Assembly: GCF_018350175.1 (NCBI RefSeq)
Contig: NC_058373.1
Location: 104,596,001-104,660,000, forward strand
Source of the DNA: Felis catus
Taxonomy: Eukaryota
Length of the DNA: 64,000 bases
Reading direction: 5' to 3'
Shown: positions 38,561-50,138 of the stretch, one piece after another
How the letters are laid out: the number at the start of each line of letters is the position of its first letter
Position numbering within the stretch: position 1 is the first letter of the stretch
Notes under the pieces: generated by a model
The model's database searches: none
What the model saw: the letters and a program-made list of their open reading frames with translations, nothing else
Told to the model about the DNA's origin: nothing
Made by a program: the position numbers and the translations under genes

Positions 38561-39102
38561 TAAATGGCCAACTACCTTTTGCAAGATCACACACAAGTTA
38601 ATTACACACAAGTTGATGCATTCACATGAAAACGACAGCTGCCATAGGTAGGGACCCAACATCTTTGAACATGCTTCGTTAGAATTAAATTATTGATAAC
38701 AAAGACTGTCTAGCATAAACTTCAAGAACAAAAGTCTTTTTCAGTGGAGAAAGCGATCCACTTTTAGGAACATTTGCTTTCCCCGGTGAACTTAAACAGT
38801 ACATTTAATCCATCCACTTAACTCAAAGTGATGGAGTGCCTGCACATGGAAAATTGAAAGCATGTTATTTTTAGGCTCAAGTTGTAGAATTCTATATATG
38901 ACCAAGAAAACATCACAGAAATCTAATGAAGCCAGCTTAACCAGGCCAGCAGTTGGCTAATATGTTGGTTTATTAAAGGAAAACTACCTGAAATTTTTCA
39001 CTGGTAGGTTAGAAAAATCAGCAATAAAAACTATTGAAAGCAAAAAAACTAACTACATCTGAATGTTGAGATTGCTTCTATAGTACATTAACAGTCTGGA
39101 TC

Positions 39103-39103
<1 letters not shown>

Positions 39104-39156
<53 letters not shown>

Positions 39157-39157
39157 A
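39104..39157. repeat. (GT)n microsatellite
   Basis: GT run followed by gcgcgc. Confidence 0.95.
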
Positions 39158-39284
39158 TGAGAGAGAGACAGTTTTGTGCAATTTTATAACATGTAGATTT
39201 ATGTGACCATCAGAGTCAAGATATAGGACAATTCTATTACAACAATCCCTCATACGGCTCTTTTTTTTTTTTTTTTAAAGATAT

Positions 39285-39456
39285 GATTCACAAACCACCT
39301 TCATCAAAATCAACTGGGGGCCAGTTATTGCTTGTAAATTGCAGGGCCTCACTACAGAACAGCTGAATCAAAGGTACTGCAGGCTGGGTCTAGGAATTTG
39401 CATCTTAACAGGTTGCCCAAGGAATTTTTATTTATACTAGGTTTTGAGAACCTTTG
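39285..39456. mobile_element. MER5A-like hAT DNA transposon remnant
   Basis: ctgaatca...ggctgggtctaggaatttgcatcttaacaggttgcccaagg...ttttgagaacc. Confidence 0.7.
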
Positions 39457-39714
39457 TTATATTTCAGTATTCTGGCCTCAGTATATATTTTACCAAAAAC
39501 TAGGACTGAAGAGATTTAGAACTTTTAAATTAAGGTGCAATCAGAATTGTTGCATCTAAATATAAGGAATCTAGTCCAAGCTCAAATGGAAAGGCTATTT
39601 TGGATTTTGGAGAGAAATGCAATGTGTACAGTTTACGTGGCTGCATCTAGAGTCAACTAAAATTGCAACGTTTAGACTGTAAATCCCCAACTATGTAATG
39701 TAAAACAATCCTCT

Positions 39715-39930
39715 TTGCTAGCTCCTGGGCACCGTGTCAGGCGCTTTACCCATACAGGATATTTAATGCTCACTATAATTCTATGTTGTGGGTCTGAAGG
39801 TCCACATTTTACAGATGAAGAAACAGAGGCTCAGAGAAATAACATGTCAACAGATATATAGCTGGTAAGCAGCTGAGCAGGGATTGAAATACAGGTATGT
39901 CTGAAATCAATATTCACACTCTTACCACAA
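39715..39930 (-). mobile_element. MIR SINE
   Basis: cattttacagatgaagaaacagaggctcagaga antisense core. Confidence 0.85.
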
Positions 39931-40005
39931 TGCCAAAGGATTTAGATATAACAGAGGCAGCTGAGTTAGATTTATGTGAACGATATCTAAATTTCCTATT
40001 TTCTT

Positions 40006-40218
40006 TCTTTTTTTTAACGTTCATTTATTTTTGAGACAGAGTGAGACAGAGCATGAACAGGGGAGGGGCAGAGAAAGACGGAGACACAGAATCTGAAGCA
40101 GGGTCCAGGCTCTGAGCTGTCAGCACAGAGCCCGACGCGGGGCTAGAACTCACAGATCGTGAGATGATGACCTGAGCCGAAGTTGGACACTTAACCGACT
40201 GAACCACCCAGGCGCCCC
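40006..40218 (-). mobile_element. Can-SINE (SINEC_Fc2-like)
   Basis: Reverse SINE; TSD taaatttcc(t/c)attttctt. Confidence 0.96.
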
Positions 40219-40381
40219 TAAATTTCCCATTTTCTTATTGAAACTGTATCTTCGCTAAATTTTCTGCTGGTTTTGTTATCAGTTTTGTTTGAAAGTAGGA
40301 TTATGATAGGCTAGGGCAGCACCACTCACAACATCTGTTATGAGACTGTGACAAAGTAAGCGTAGAAATTGAGAGTCATCA

Positions 40382-40601
40382 GGGCGCCTGGGTGGCGCAG
40401 TCGGTTAAGCGTCCGACTTCAGCCGGGTCACGATCTCGCGGTCCGGGAGTTCGAGCCCTGCGTCAGGCTCTGGGCTGATGGCTCGGAGCCTGGAGCCTGT
40501 TTCCGATTCTGTGTCTCCCTCTCTCTCTGCCCCTCGCCTGTTCATGCTCTGTCTCTCTCTGTCCCAAAAATAAATAAACGTTGAAAAAATTTTTAAAAAA
40601 A
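40382..40601 (+). mobile_element. Young felid SINEC_Fc
   Basis: Near-consensus; TSD agaaattgagagtca. Confidence 0.97.
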
Positions 40602-42162
40602 AGAAATTGAGAGTCAGCATTTAGAAATGTTCATACAATCTGACAACACCATGACATCCAAGAGAATGACCAGCGGATCTACCTCCTTAAAGGTGATATA
40701 GGCCATTCCAGAATGCCAAACTCTCACGATGCATCCTGTGTGGCTCAAGCCACAGGCTGGTCCTATATGGCAGGACCACGTACTACTTTGTGATGGATGG
40801 AGAACAAAGAACAAAGAACTGGTCCTTCCCTACAGAGAGTCTGAAAAGTACTGAGTTTCGCAACTGACAAATTTAAAGATGTAATAGATGCACTTTGCTT
40901 ATGTCCACCCTGCCCACGTTGCTGATCAACCTCTCAGAGGCTGCCTGAACCTTATAGAGCCCACAGCTATCTCCCAATCCACCATCACTGTAACCCCAAC
41001 TTCAATCCACATGTTTTTCACGCAGTGTCCATGCTTAGTGGAGAACTCAGGAGAAGGAATCAGAATGCAGAAGTCACTCCCAGGTCCCTCACACAAGACT
41101 CGCAGTGGCATCTGTATTGGAGCAAAATGATGATAAATGATGGACAGTTTCTTCTGTTGCTTTTATTGCTCCCCCTACTGACCACTTTCATCATCAGCCC
41201 GGGACCTTTTGATTTGGAATATGGCATCCCTTATTCCGTCTGCCAGCTCTCCTGTCTCCTTTCACCTAATATACATGATTTAGAATATCAGGATCATCAT
41301 GACAGCAGCTATCACACGCTAAAATCATGTGTCAAACATGGCGGAAGGAGTTTATGTAAGTTTTTTCATTCAACTCATAAAAACTACATAACATATTTAA
41401 TTATCTCTATTTTTTGTAAGTAGGAACCAAAGCTTAAGAAGGTTAAGTTATTTCTCTGGGTTACATAGCTAATAAGAAGCCGGGAAAAGATCTACCTTCA
41501 AACCCTATGTCCTTAACCAGTTTCTATCAATGAATATTCAACACTATTAATATTTCCATGTAGCTAGTAGTAAATATCTCCATTTCACAGATAAGAAAAC
41601 TGAGATATAGAGTCAGACACCTTGTAATAAGACAGCTAAGTTCTCGTGATTCAGAATGATGACTTCAGACCAATACTCTCTTAGAGATGTTTTTCCTTTT
41701 GTTACTACTATCCACAAATGTCCCACTCTGTTGTTTCAAAATCATTACTTGTGCCACATAAATGGAGATTTACCTGAGCTGAGTATCTCAGAAAAGGCAA
41801 CAGCAAAACAAATCATTTCACTTAAAGTTATAAATGCCCAGAGTTTCTGGGCTACATTTTTATTTCGGTTAATATTTAATTTAGCCTCCTTGAAGGTGAA
41901 GGCAAAATGAGGTTGTATACAAAGAAAGAAAAATGAACTACATTACAAGGAATAGGATAAAAATACGAGGATGTTAGTTCTCAAATATGATGGAAGATAC
42001 GTTAAAAATTCTAGACTTACAATGAAAACATCACATAGTATTTATGTGGGCATTGGCAGTTTTTTGAGGCATAGAATTTGGCCTTCATTAAATTTTTAAT
42101 AAGTCAATATGGAACGCTGAATCCAAACACTGAGATTCTAAACATAAGCCCTTAAAACACAC

Positions 42163-42169
42163 TGTGTGT

Positions 42170-42205
<36 letters not shown>

Positions 42206-42221
42206 ACGCGTGTGCGCGCGT
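42163..42221. repeat. (GT)n/(GC)n microsatellite
   Basis: Alternating purine-pyrimidine run. Confidence 0.9.
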
Positions 42222-43614
42222 ATTTTGTTTTCCTCACAACCAGGCAATCCATTATTTTTTCCCAGATACTTGCATAAGGAAAGTAAGATTGCTAACTAGA
42301 CCTTCCTACTACTCCAGGCTCTTAGAATCGTTCATTTCTCCCCTCCCATCATTTCCATGTCTCTGATGGAGCCGAGGTACTCAAGGCAATCCCTAGAAAG
42401 TAACTCTGAAAAGAGCACTGTACTTTGCCACTGTCAAAGTCTTCACTCCTCCCCTCAGACTTTGGAACCCTCAGGAGCTCTGCTTTAACACTGAGGACAG
42501 AAGGGGAGAGAAAAGAGATTTTGCCTGTGGGACAGAGCCACAGGTTCAGGGTGGGGCTGTGCCTGTGGTCTCATTATGATTGGGACTATTTCTGATGAAT
42601 ATGGGCAGCTTCTAATGAAGAGGTGATCTCTGCAAGTTGGTGTATGCAATCTTCCTGGGGCAGTGTTCAACTGCACCCAAGCTTCCATTATCTCTGAGGA
42701 CACCCCTACAGCCATATCCTCTTTCAGGTGGGGTTTCCCTAACACTTGGCCCAATGGCACCCGGGCATCCCCATGCTTCTTGACTCTCTTCCAACTTCCA
42801 TGAGCCTTTACAGGGAACCCATAGGTGGCCCAGAGGTATTCTTCTATCATTTAAAGGCTAAGAAGATAAAGATGGGGTAAGAGTTGCTTCCTTCTTTTTT
42901 CCCAGATACCTCATGTCGTGGTCTTTTCAAACCCTGTCGCCATGGGATGCTCCAGTGGGCCCTGAGACATCTCTAGACCAGATACAGGTACCCACTGTTG
43001 TGTTCTCAAATTCCAAGGAAACCATGTTAAACTTCCTCTCACGTACACCACCCTGAGGGCAATACCAGAAAGGGACTGTGATATTCAATTCAGTGAACAT
43101 TCAATCAGCTGTCCTTCCAGGCTACCCAATCTCTGGTGAGTTTTCTGCGATCCCTCCCACTTAGATAAAGGGGAGGGAACAGGGGTCTCCCCTCCCCCCA
43201 GGTTAGACTGTCTCCATTAGGCCCTTTTCTTGCATTGTTTAGACTGGAAAGTACCTGTGCCAACTGCAGTGTAACCAGTGTGTCTGGATTGTCTTGGCAG
43301 GGAGCCGTCTGTCCCAAATGGGGTCAGCTCTTGGGCAGCTCTATGGATTGAGAACATACACAGTAACGATTTCCCTTCTCTCGCAGGTTTGGCAAAATCG
43401 TCAGGACAATAGGAAAAGTCTCTCTAAACCTCATTAACACACGGATAAGATCCTTTGCGATTATGAAGCCAATGCATTTTAATTGTCCCTAACTTGCCTC
43501 TTTCTTCCTGTGTGGTTTATCACCCAAGGGGAGAAAGCCCACACTTAGGACTTCTTTAACAAGACTCCAGGCTTTGCTACGAAATCGGATTCGTGGATTC
43601 CTCTGTCTCTCATT

Positions 43615-43778
43615 CAGGGACAGCCTCCCAGGTGTGTGACCAGCACAGTCCCACAGTGTCCCATGCTTGTCACTCAGTGTTCTGCTCTCGCCATCCTAAA
43701 ATTCCTAATAAGTTTTGGAAAAGGGGGCCCTGCATTTTCAGCTTGCACTGGGATGTGTGAATTATGCAGGCATCCTGC
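43615..43778. mobile_element. MER53-like hAT DNA transposon
   Basis: caggg...gtgtgacc...tctgctctcgccatcctaaaattcctaataa...gggggccctgcattttca..tgcactggg...aattatg...cctg with cagg/cctg termini; matches the recalled MER53 consensus. Confidence 0.75.
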
Positions 43779-44730
43779 TTCCATTGGCAGATCCCCCTAT
43801 CGTAGGCCCCAGGGTTTCCAGGCAAAAGGAAGATAAGAAGCAGTGGAAGAGAAAAGAAAGAAAAGTCAACAGTGTCTGGTCAGAATTGTAGAAGGAAAGC
43901 AGGAGGGGTGGGGAGGGATGTAGGGAGCAAAGCAAAGTGGTGAGTAATGGGTCTTGATTTCCCCCTTGAAGGGAGGTTAAGCAGCATGGAGGAGCCAGAT
44001 CGAAGAGGGACTTCAACTCCCAGTGCTGATCAGAAATCTGGTGAGAGACCCAGTCTGCCCCTCACCAAAGTGGGCTGGTCCAGCAGTCCAAGCAGTGATA
44101 GGGTGTGGCAAAGGCAGGGGAAGCCTGGACGCTTAGCTTTCCTGGCCAATCTGGCTCCAGTGTTCTGTGGACCGGACCCAGATATCCCTTGGCCTCCAGG
44201 GGCCGACTGGAAGGACCCCAATTCGGCAACTCTCTGACCACCCTGGATTTGCCATGAGGTTCCTTGTGCTCACAGAGTTCCCAGTGGTGTCTGATGTGGC
44301 AGGGGCCCACCTGGCTTCTATCGTGAGGCTGAGCAAGCCAGGCCCTGACCAAGGGGCCTCTGCCTCCAACAGCCAGGTAGTTTAAAAATACCTAAATTAT
44401 CAATCTCAGACATCCTTTCTTTCAGTGGATATAAACACTGTTTCTCCAGTTCTCTTTGAACCAGCTTTCCCATCTTGCTAGTCTCATCATTGATAAGTAA
44501 GTTTTTGAAATGTGTTCATTTTATATTTAAGTCACATTTTTCACTTTTTGGAATGTGTACTTTGATAATGCTTTCTGCCAATATCCAAATACCCACCTTC
44601 AAGAAAAATCCTGGCCCTTCATTCTCTCACTGATTCGTGGAAAACAAAAATATGCAGAGAAAGAAATCTTTTCTCTTTAAAACTAAGGTGTACCAGAGAA
44701 TATCTTTTAACCTTTAAAAAGGTCTAAGAT

Positions 44731-44970
44731 GGGGCGCCTGGGTGGCACAGTCGGTTAAGCGTCCGACTTCAGCCAGGTCACGATCTCGCGGTCCGGGAGT
44801 TCGAGCCCCGCGTCAGGCTCTGGGCTGATGGCTCAGAGCCTGGAGCCTGTTTCCGATTCGGTGTCTCCCTCTCTCTCTGGCCCTCCCCCGTTCATGCTCT
44901 GTCTCTCTCTGTCCCAAAAAAAATAAATAAATAAAAATAAACGTTGAAAAAAATTTTTTTTAAATAAAAA
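44731..44970 (+). mobile_element. Young felid SINEC_Fc
   Basis: Near-consensus; perfect TSD taaaaaggtctaagat. Confidence 0.97.
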
Positions 44971-45019
44971 TAAAAAGGTCTAAGATAGAAAGAACATCAA
45001 ATGTTCAGAGGCAGGATCA

Positions 45020-45230
45020 TATCACCGTTAAGAGGGTGAACTCTAGAGCCTGAATAGCTGCTTTTACTGGCTCTGTAACTCGGGACAACGCTTCTTTCCG
45101 TAATTCCATCTTCTATAAATCTGCGATATCTACTGTGTTGTCAGGAGAACTGAATGTCTTGGTATCTACAAAAAGCTTAGATTAGTGCCTGAAACATGTA
45201 AAGTGCTATACAGGTATAGCTAACATTATT
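45020..45230 (+). mobile_element. MIR SINE
   Basis: gttaagagggtgaactctagagcc...ttactggctctgtaactcggg...agcttagattagtgcctgaaacatgtaaagtgct. Confidence 0.65.
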
Positions 45231-45439
45231 GTGTTATTATATCATACGTATTAGATTATATTATTAACAAGTATAGTTAGCAAGTATGTTAACATTATTA
45301 ATGTTTGTATTACAGGCTTACAAAGTACAGATTTATAATCTTTTAATAGCCAATGATACCATTTTCCAAACACATGTCTGCCATTCTACACCATAGTAGC
45401 TTATATTTTCTAAAGGGAATACCCCGGTAGACACAATAC

Positions 45440-45978
45440 TATTTCTTAGCTCATTTAGTACTTTAGAATGTAACCTCAGTATACTTTTGTCAAGAGGTAG
45501 TATCTACGTACCCTACCACTGAACCTGGTCTGGACTTAGTGACTTGCTTGACCGATGGATATGGCAAAGTGACATTCTGTGATTTCTGGAGTTAAGTCAT
45601 AACAAATCTTGGAACACTCGCTATTGCAATGTCTCCTCTTAGAGCCCATCCACTGTGCCCTAAGAAGCCCAAGTCACACAGAGAGGCTGCATGTGGGTAC
45701 TCTAGTGGACTGCACTGGTTGAGTTCCTGGCCAATCACCAACATCAACTGTCAGCCATATAATTGAGTCATTTTGGATGTCTACTCCAAGCGAGCCTTCA
45801 AGAGATTCCAGCTCCACCCAGCTCCTTTTGGACTCAAATTACATGACAGACCCCAAGCAAGAATCTTCTAGCTGAACCCAGTCAACCTACAGAATCATGA
45901 GAGATAATAATAAATCCTTATTTTAAGCCACTAGGCTTAGGAATGATTTGCCATGCAACCATGGACAACTAAAACACA
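45440..45978 (+). mobile_element. MaLR LTR (MLT1 family)
   Basis: gtgacttgcttgacc...agctgaacccagtcaacctacagaatcatgagagataataataaa...ttttaagccactagg...caactaaaaca. Confidence 0.85.
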
Positions 45979-46009
45979 TACCCTTTTGATCTCCCTGCTG
46001 TAAGGTTCT

Positions 46010-46214
46010 CAACGTTTTTATTTATTTTTGGGACAGAGAGAGACAGAGCATGAACGGGGGAGGGGCAGAGAGAGAGGGAGACACAGAATCAGAAACAGGC
46101 TCCAGGCTCCGAGCCATCAGCCCAGAGCCTGACGCGGGGCTTGAACTCACGGACCACGAGATCGTGACCTGGCTGAAGTCGGACGCTTAACCGACTGCGC
46201 CACCCAGGTGCCCC
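46010..46214 (-). mobile_element. Young felid SINEC_Fc lacking a terminal poly(A)
   Basis: Near-consensus; TSD tgctgtaaggttct at 45996-46009 and 46215-46228. Confidence 0.97.
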
Positions 46215-46847
46215 TGCTGTAAGGTTCTAATAACAAGACCATCTTGGATTATTTCACCCTTAAGTTCACCTATCTGAAGCATTATGCTCCAAGCAAAAGC
46301 AAAACAAAATTCTAGATGCTTAAAACCATCAGTCTTCTTGGACATGCTCTAGGGAGGCTACATGTTCACAGTTCATTTATGGAACAGGTATTTTTAGCAT
46401 AAATATTTAAAACTAATGGGAAGTCTTTCAGATGCTTCCTTACTTAAGCTCTCCCCTCTCTTCAGGAATTCTAAATTGCCTTTTTATCAAAGTTACCCTG
46501 CTGCTATTGAGTTCCAATATTTTTTAAACCACACATGGGTAAAAACTTGAAAACACACCATTTAACAACTGCAAATAGTTTTATGCCACTTCAGGAAAGC
46601 GTAAACCTTTGATTTTCCTTTGTGGCAGATGAACCCTTGGTTTAGAGGAAGGAAAGCCAATAGGCCTTCAATTATGCAACAGTATTACAAGGGCCTCTTT
46701 CTAAAAATGGGGAGGTTTGGGGCTGCCACTCAAAGGAGCTGGGTGTTCTGCACCCAGTGTAAAGATTTGTCTCATGGGTGAGCGGAATTACAGCTTTATA
46801 GATAATACTGTCTTTGAAATAGTGATTCTCAAACCTAAAACCATTTT

Positions 46848-47046
46848 TTAATGTTTTTTTTTAATTTTTATTTTTTAGAGAAAGCAAGCAGGGGAGAGGG
46901 GTAGAGGGAGAGAGAGGAAGAATCTTAAGCAGGCTCCATGCTGAGCATGGAGCCCGACGTGGGGCTCGATCCCACAACCCTGGGATCATGACCTGAGCTG
47001 AAATCAAGAGTCAGATATTCAAACAACTGAGCCACCCAGGAGTCCC
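46848..47046 (-). mobile_element. Older Can-SINE
   Basis: gaatcttaagcaggctccatgctgagcatggagcccgacg...ctgagccacccagg. Confidence 0.93.
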
Positions 47047-48829
47047 TAAAGCCACTTTTCAAGAGAAAAAAAGTACTGGAGGCCCCCATCACTCTTTTAA
47101 ATTATTTTTATTATAAAATTATTTAAATATGTACACATGTAAAACAAACATGCATCGAGTGACTACTGTGTGCCAGATAAGCTCTAGCATTGGTGACAGG
47201 CTATATCCCTGACCTCAGGGAGTTTATAATCTTGCAGAACTGCGATTATACGTGGACCAGACCACTTATTAGAAAATAACGTGGCATTATTCAAGACAGA
47301 AATACACGGTATTGTTCAAGACAGAAAAATCCACATTTGGGGAAACGTACTAATGCTGCACTATTGTAATCTGATGTCTTTGGAAGGCCGAAGAGCAAGA
47401 CACATGGCTGTACGGAGGTGGAAATGCTCTGTCAAGAAGTCAATGTTCATGCTGCCAGTCGTCCTAGAAAAGGGTTAAAGCAGGTGGCATGAAATGGGGA
47501 TTCAGAAAGCAGGCCTTACAGCTGAGGTCAAGAGAACCTCTCTCCAGGTTCCCGCCAGTCAGATCTGGACTGTGAGGCAGTTGTCCACAAATTCCCATTC
47601 TGCACTGGAAACTATGGACAAGCATTTTAAGAACCAAGAAAAATGTTTGAAAATTGGGAGAAAAATTATTGGCTCCAAAATGAGAAAACTGTTCAATCAC
47701 TATTAATAGATGTTTAAATGCCTACAAAATGTAACTTTGTGTCAACAGCACTAATTGTTAAAATTAGTATTCATTAAAATGTCATTACATTTGGAAATAA
47801 TTAATTGGCCAGATTATGTCATTTTGCAAGAACTCTCAAATATGTACAAATGCCAAGAAATCATTGCCAATCATAAATGAGCTGCCAAATAGTTTCCAAA
47901 GGAAACTTATAAAATTTCTTTCATACGGTTAATATGAAATTAATGGGCAATATGGGTTTGTATAAATATGTTTGATAGGAAGTGGAGTATGATCTCTAAA
48001 AGTTTAAGAACTTACAGGCAACAAGGTCTTAAATGCTGAATAAAGGTCTGATTGCCCAGAGCGCTCTGGACAACGTGACGGGGGTGGTAATGAAGCAGGC
48101 CAGTCGTCAAGTAGGGAAGTATATTAGCAAGGGGCCACCAGGGCCACAAGAAGCCCAGACAGTATCTTTGTGTCATTGAGAGAAAGGTGACCCTTCCAAG
48201 TAGATACAGTCCCATCCAGAGACCAGAACTTGATGAGCTAGGTGTGGATTAGATTTCAGCACCTATGTATCTCCTGGGCCCTTATTCGGGACACAACATA
48301 CACAGGCACTCAGGATAGCCAATGACAGTACTCTGTGGAAATGTCAGACTCTGTACAGTAACTGTTGCCTACTCTGTGGCTCTCCTTCCCTCCCACAGTC
48401 TTGAAACCTTAATCAAGTGTTCATGGCAAGTTCCTTGGTTACCGTTTTGCCATAGGAAACTGAGGGGCAGGACATGTCCCACACTTGGAACAAAAAGAAA
48501 AGCCAGAATCCCTTCCCTTAGGTCAGCATGGCGTAACTGAAGATAGGTGTGTGCGTAGAGTGGGAATATGATGAGAGTCACTGCCAGTCAAGGCAGGTTG
48601 AGCCAGAGCCCAGGAGCACGGAAGCCTATCCTCAGCATGAGAGCCCTTAGAAATAACTGGTGGGTAATTAAGTAATTGGGTACTTAAAATTAAGCCCAAA
48701 TTTATTTTGTAGTCACAGGTTAGTGAAGCTAAGGTACTAGGCTTCTTTCCTTTTCCTAACAAAAAATTCAAGCAGAATAAGAGAGGGTTCAGTAGAAAAT
48801 AAAAACAAAAGCTGCTTTCCCAACTTCAT

Positions 48830-50138
48830 CTCTAGCGTATTACTAATTAATTTACATGTAAATAGCGTAACTATACCAATCAAAAGGCAAAGATTAGCAA
48901 TAGGTAATAAAGCACAGCTCATCTAGATGTTGTTGATGAAGAATTCACTTCAAATTCAATAACATGTACATCAAAAGTAAACAGATGAGAAAAGATATAC
49001 CACACAAATGATAATTTTGGAGAACAGGAGTGGCTATATTAATATCCAATGAAGTAGACTTCAGACAAAAGAAAATTACTAGAGGTAAAGAAAGGCATTA
49101 CATAATGACTGAAGGATCCATCTACCAGGAAGATATAATGATCCTAAATATGTGCTCATCAAACAACAGAGCCTTAAAGACACAAAACAAAAACTGACAG
49201 AGCTGAAAGCAGAAATAGACAAATACACAGTTCTAGCTGGGGACTTTGACATCTCCTTCTAACCAACTGATAGAACTACTAGATAGAAAATCAGCAAGGA
49301 CATAGAAGATCTGAAAAAGTCAGTCAACTTACCTGATCTAGTTGACATTTAAAGAACACGAGAGTCAACAATGGCAAAATACATTTTTAAAAATCATCCA
49401 TGGAACATTCACTAAGATAGTCCAAATCCATGGCCATAAGACAAACCTAACAAATTTAAAGGGGCGAAATCTGACCATAATGTGTATTCTCTGACTATAA
49501 TGGAATCAAACTAGAAATCAATAACAGAAAGAAAGGAAGACAATCTTTAACCATGTGAACATCAAACAGCGCACTTTAAAATAATCCATGGGTCATAGAG
49601 GAAGTCTTAAAGGAAATTTTAAAAATACTTAGAACTGACATGATAATCTAACATATGAAAATATGTAGGGTGCAGCTAAAGCATTATGGAGAGGATAACT
49701 GATTGTACTAAAATCCTTACATTAAAAATACAGAAAGGTTTTGAATGGATCAAGAAATTACAAAAAAAAAAAAAAAAAAAAGCAAAATAAATCCAAAGCA
49801 AACAGGATGGAAATAATAGAGGTAATAGTAGAAATAAATGAAATTGAAAATAGGTAAGCGGTAAGGAAAATCAATGAAACAAAAGCTGGTTCAAAAAAAA
49901 AAAAAACAAAAACAAAAACAAAACACAAAAAGATAAGCCTCTAGCAAGACTCCCAAAAACGAAAAAAGAAGGGACCCAAGTCAACAATATCAAGTATACA
50001 ACAGAGGATACTACTACAGATCTTGCCACCATTAAAAGGATAAAGAGGAATTACTACAAAAAGTTTTATGAACATAAGATCAACAACTTAGAAGAAGAAA
50101 TGGACCAATTTTTTTTAAACTGTAAACTACTAAAATTG
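48830..50138 (+). mobile_element. Old LINE-1 ORF2 fragment (endonuclease region)
   Basis: tttacatgtaaatagcgtaactataccaatcaaaaggcaaagattagca (ITLNVNGLN-PIKRQRL-like), ctataatggaatcaaactagaaatcaataacaga; many stops. Confidence 0.9.

Noticed and set aside
42485..42850. 121-aa minus-strand ORF in unique sequence
   Set aside because: No recognisable domain or splice context; this length is expected by chance in 64 kb.
43370..43500. Strong plus-strand acceptor ttcccttctctcgcag|GTTTGG
   Set aside because: All frames stop within about 110 nt, there is no good nearby donor and no recognisable product.
47286..47328. Short direct repeat ttcaagacagaaa x2
   Set aside because: Small local duplication with no associated structure; common background.
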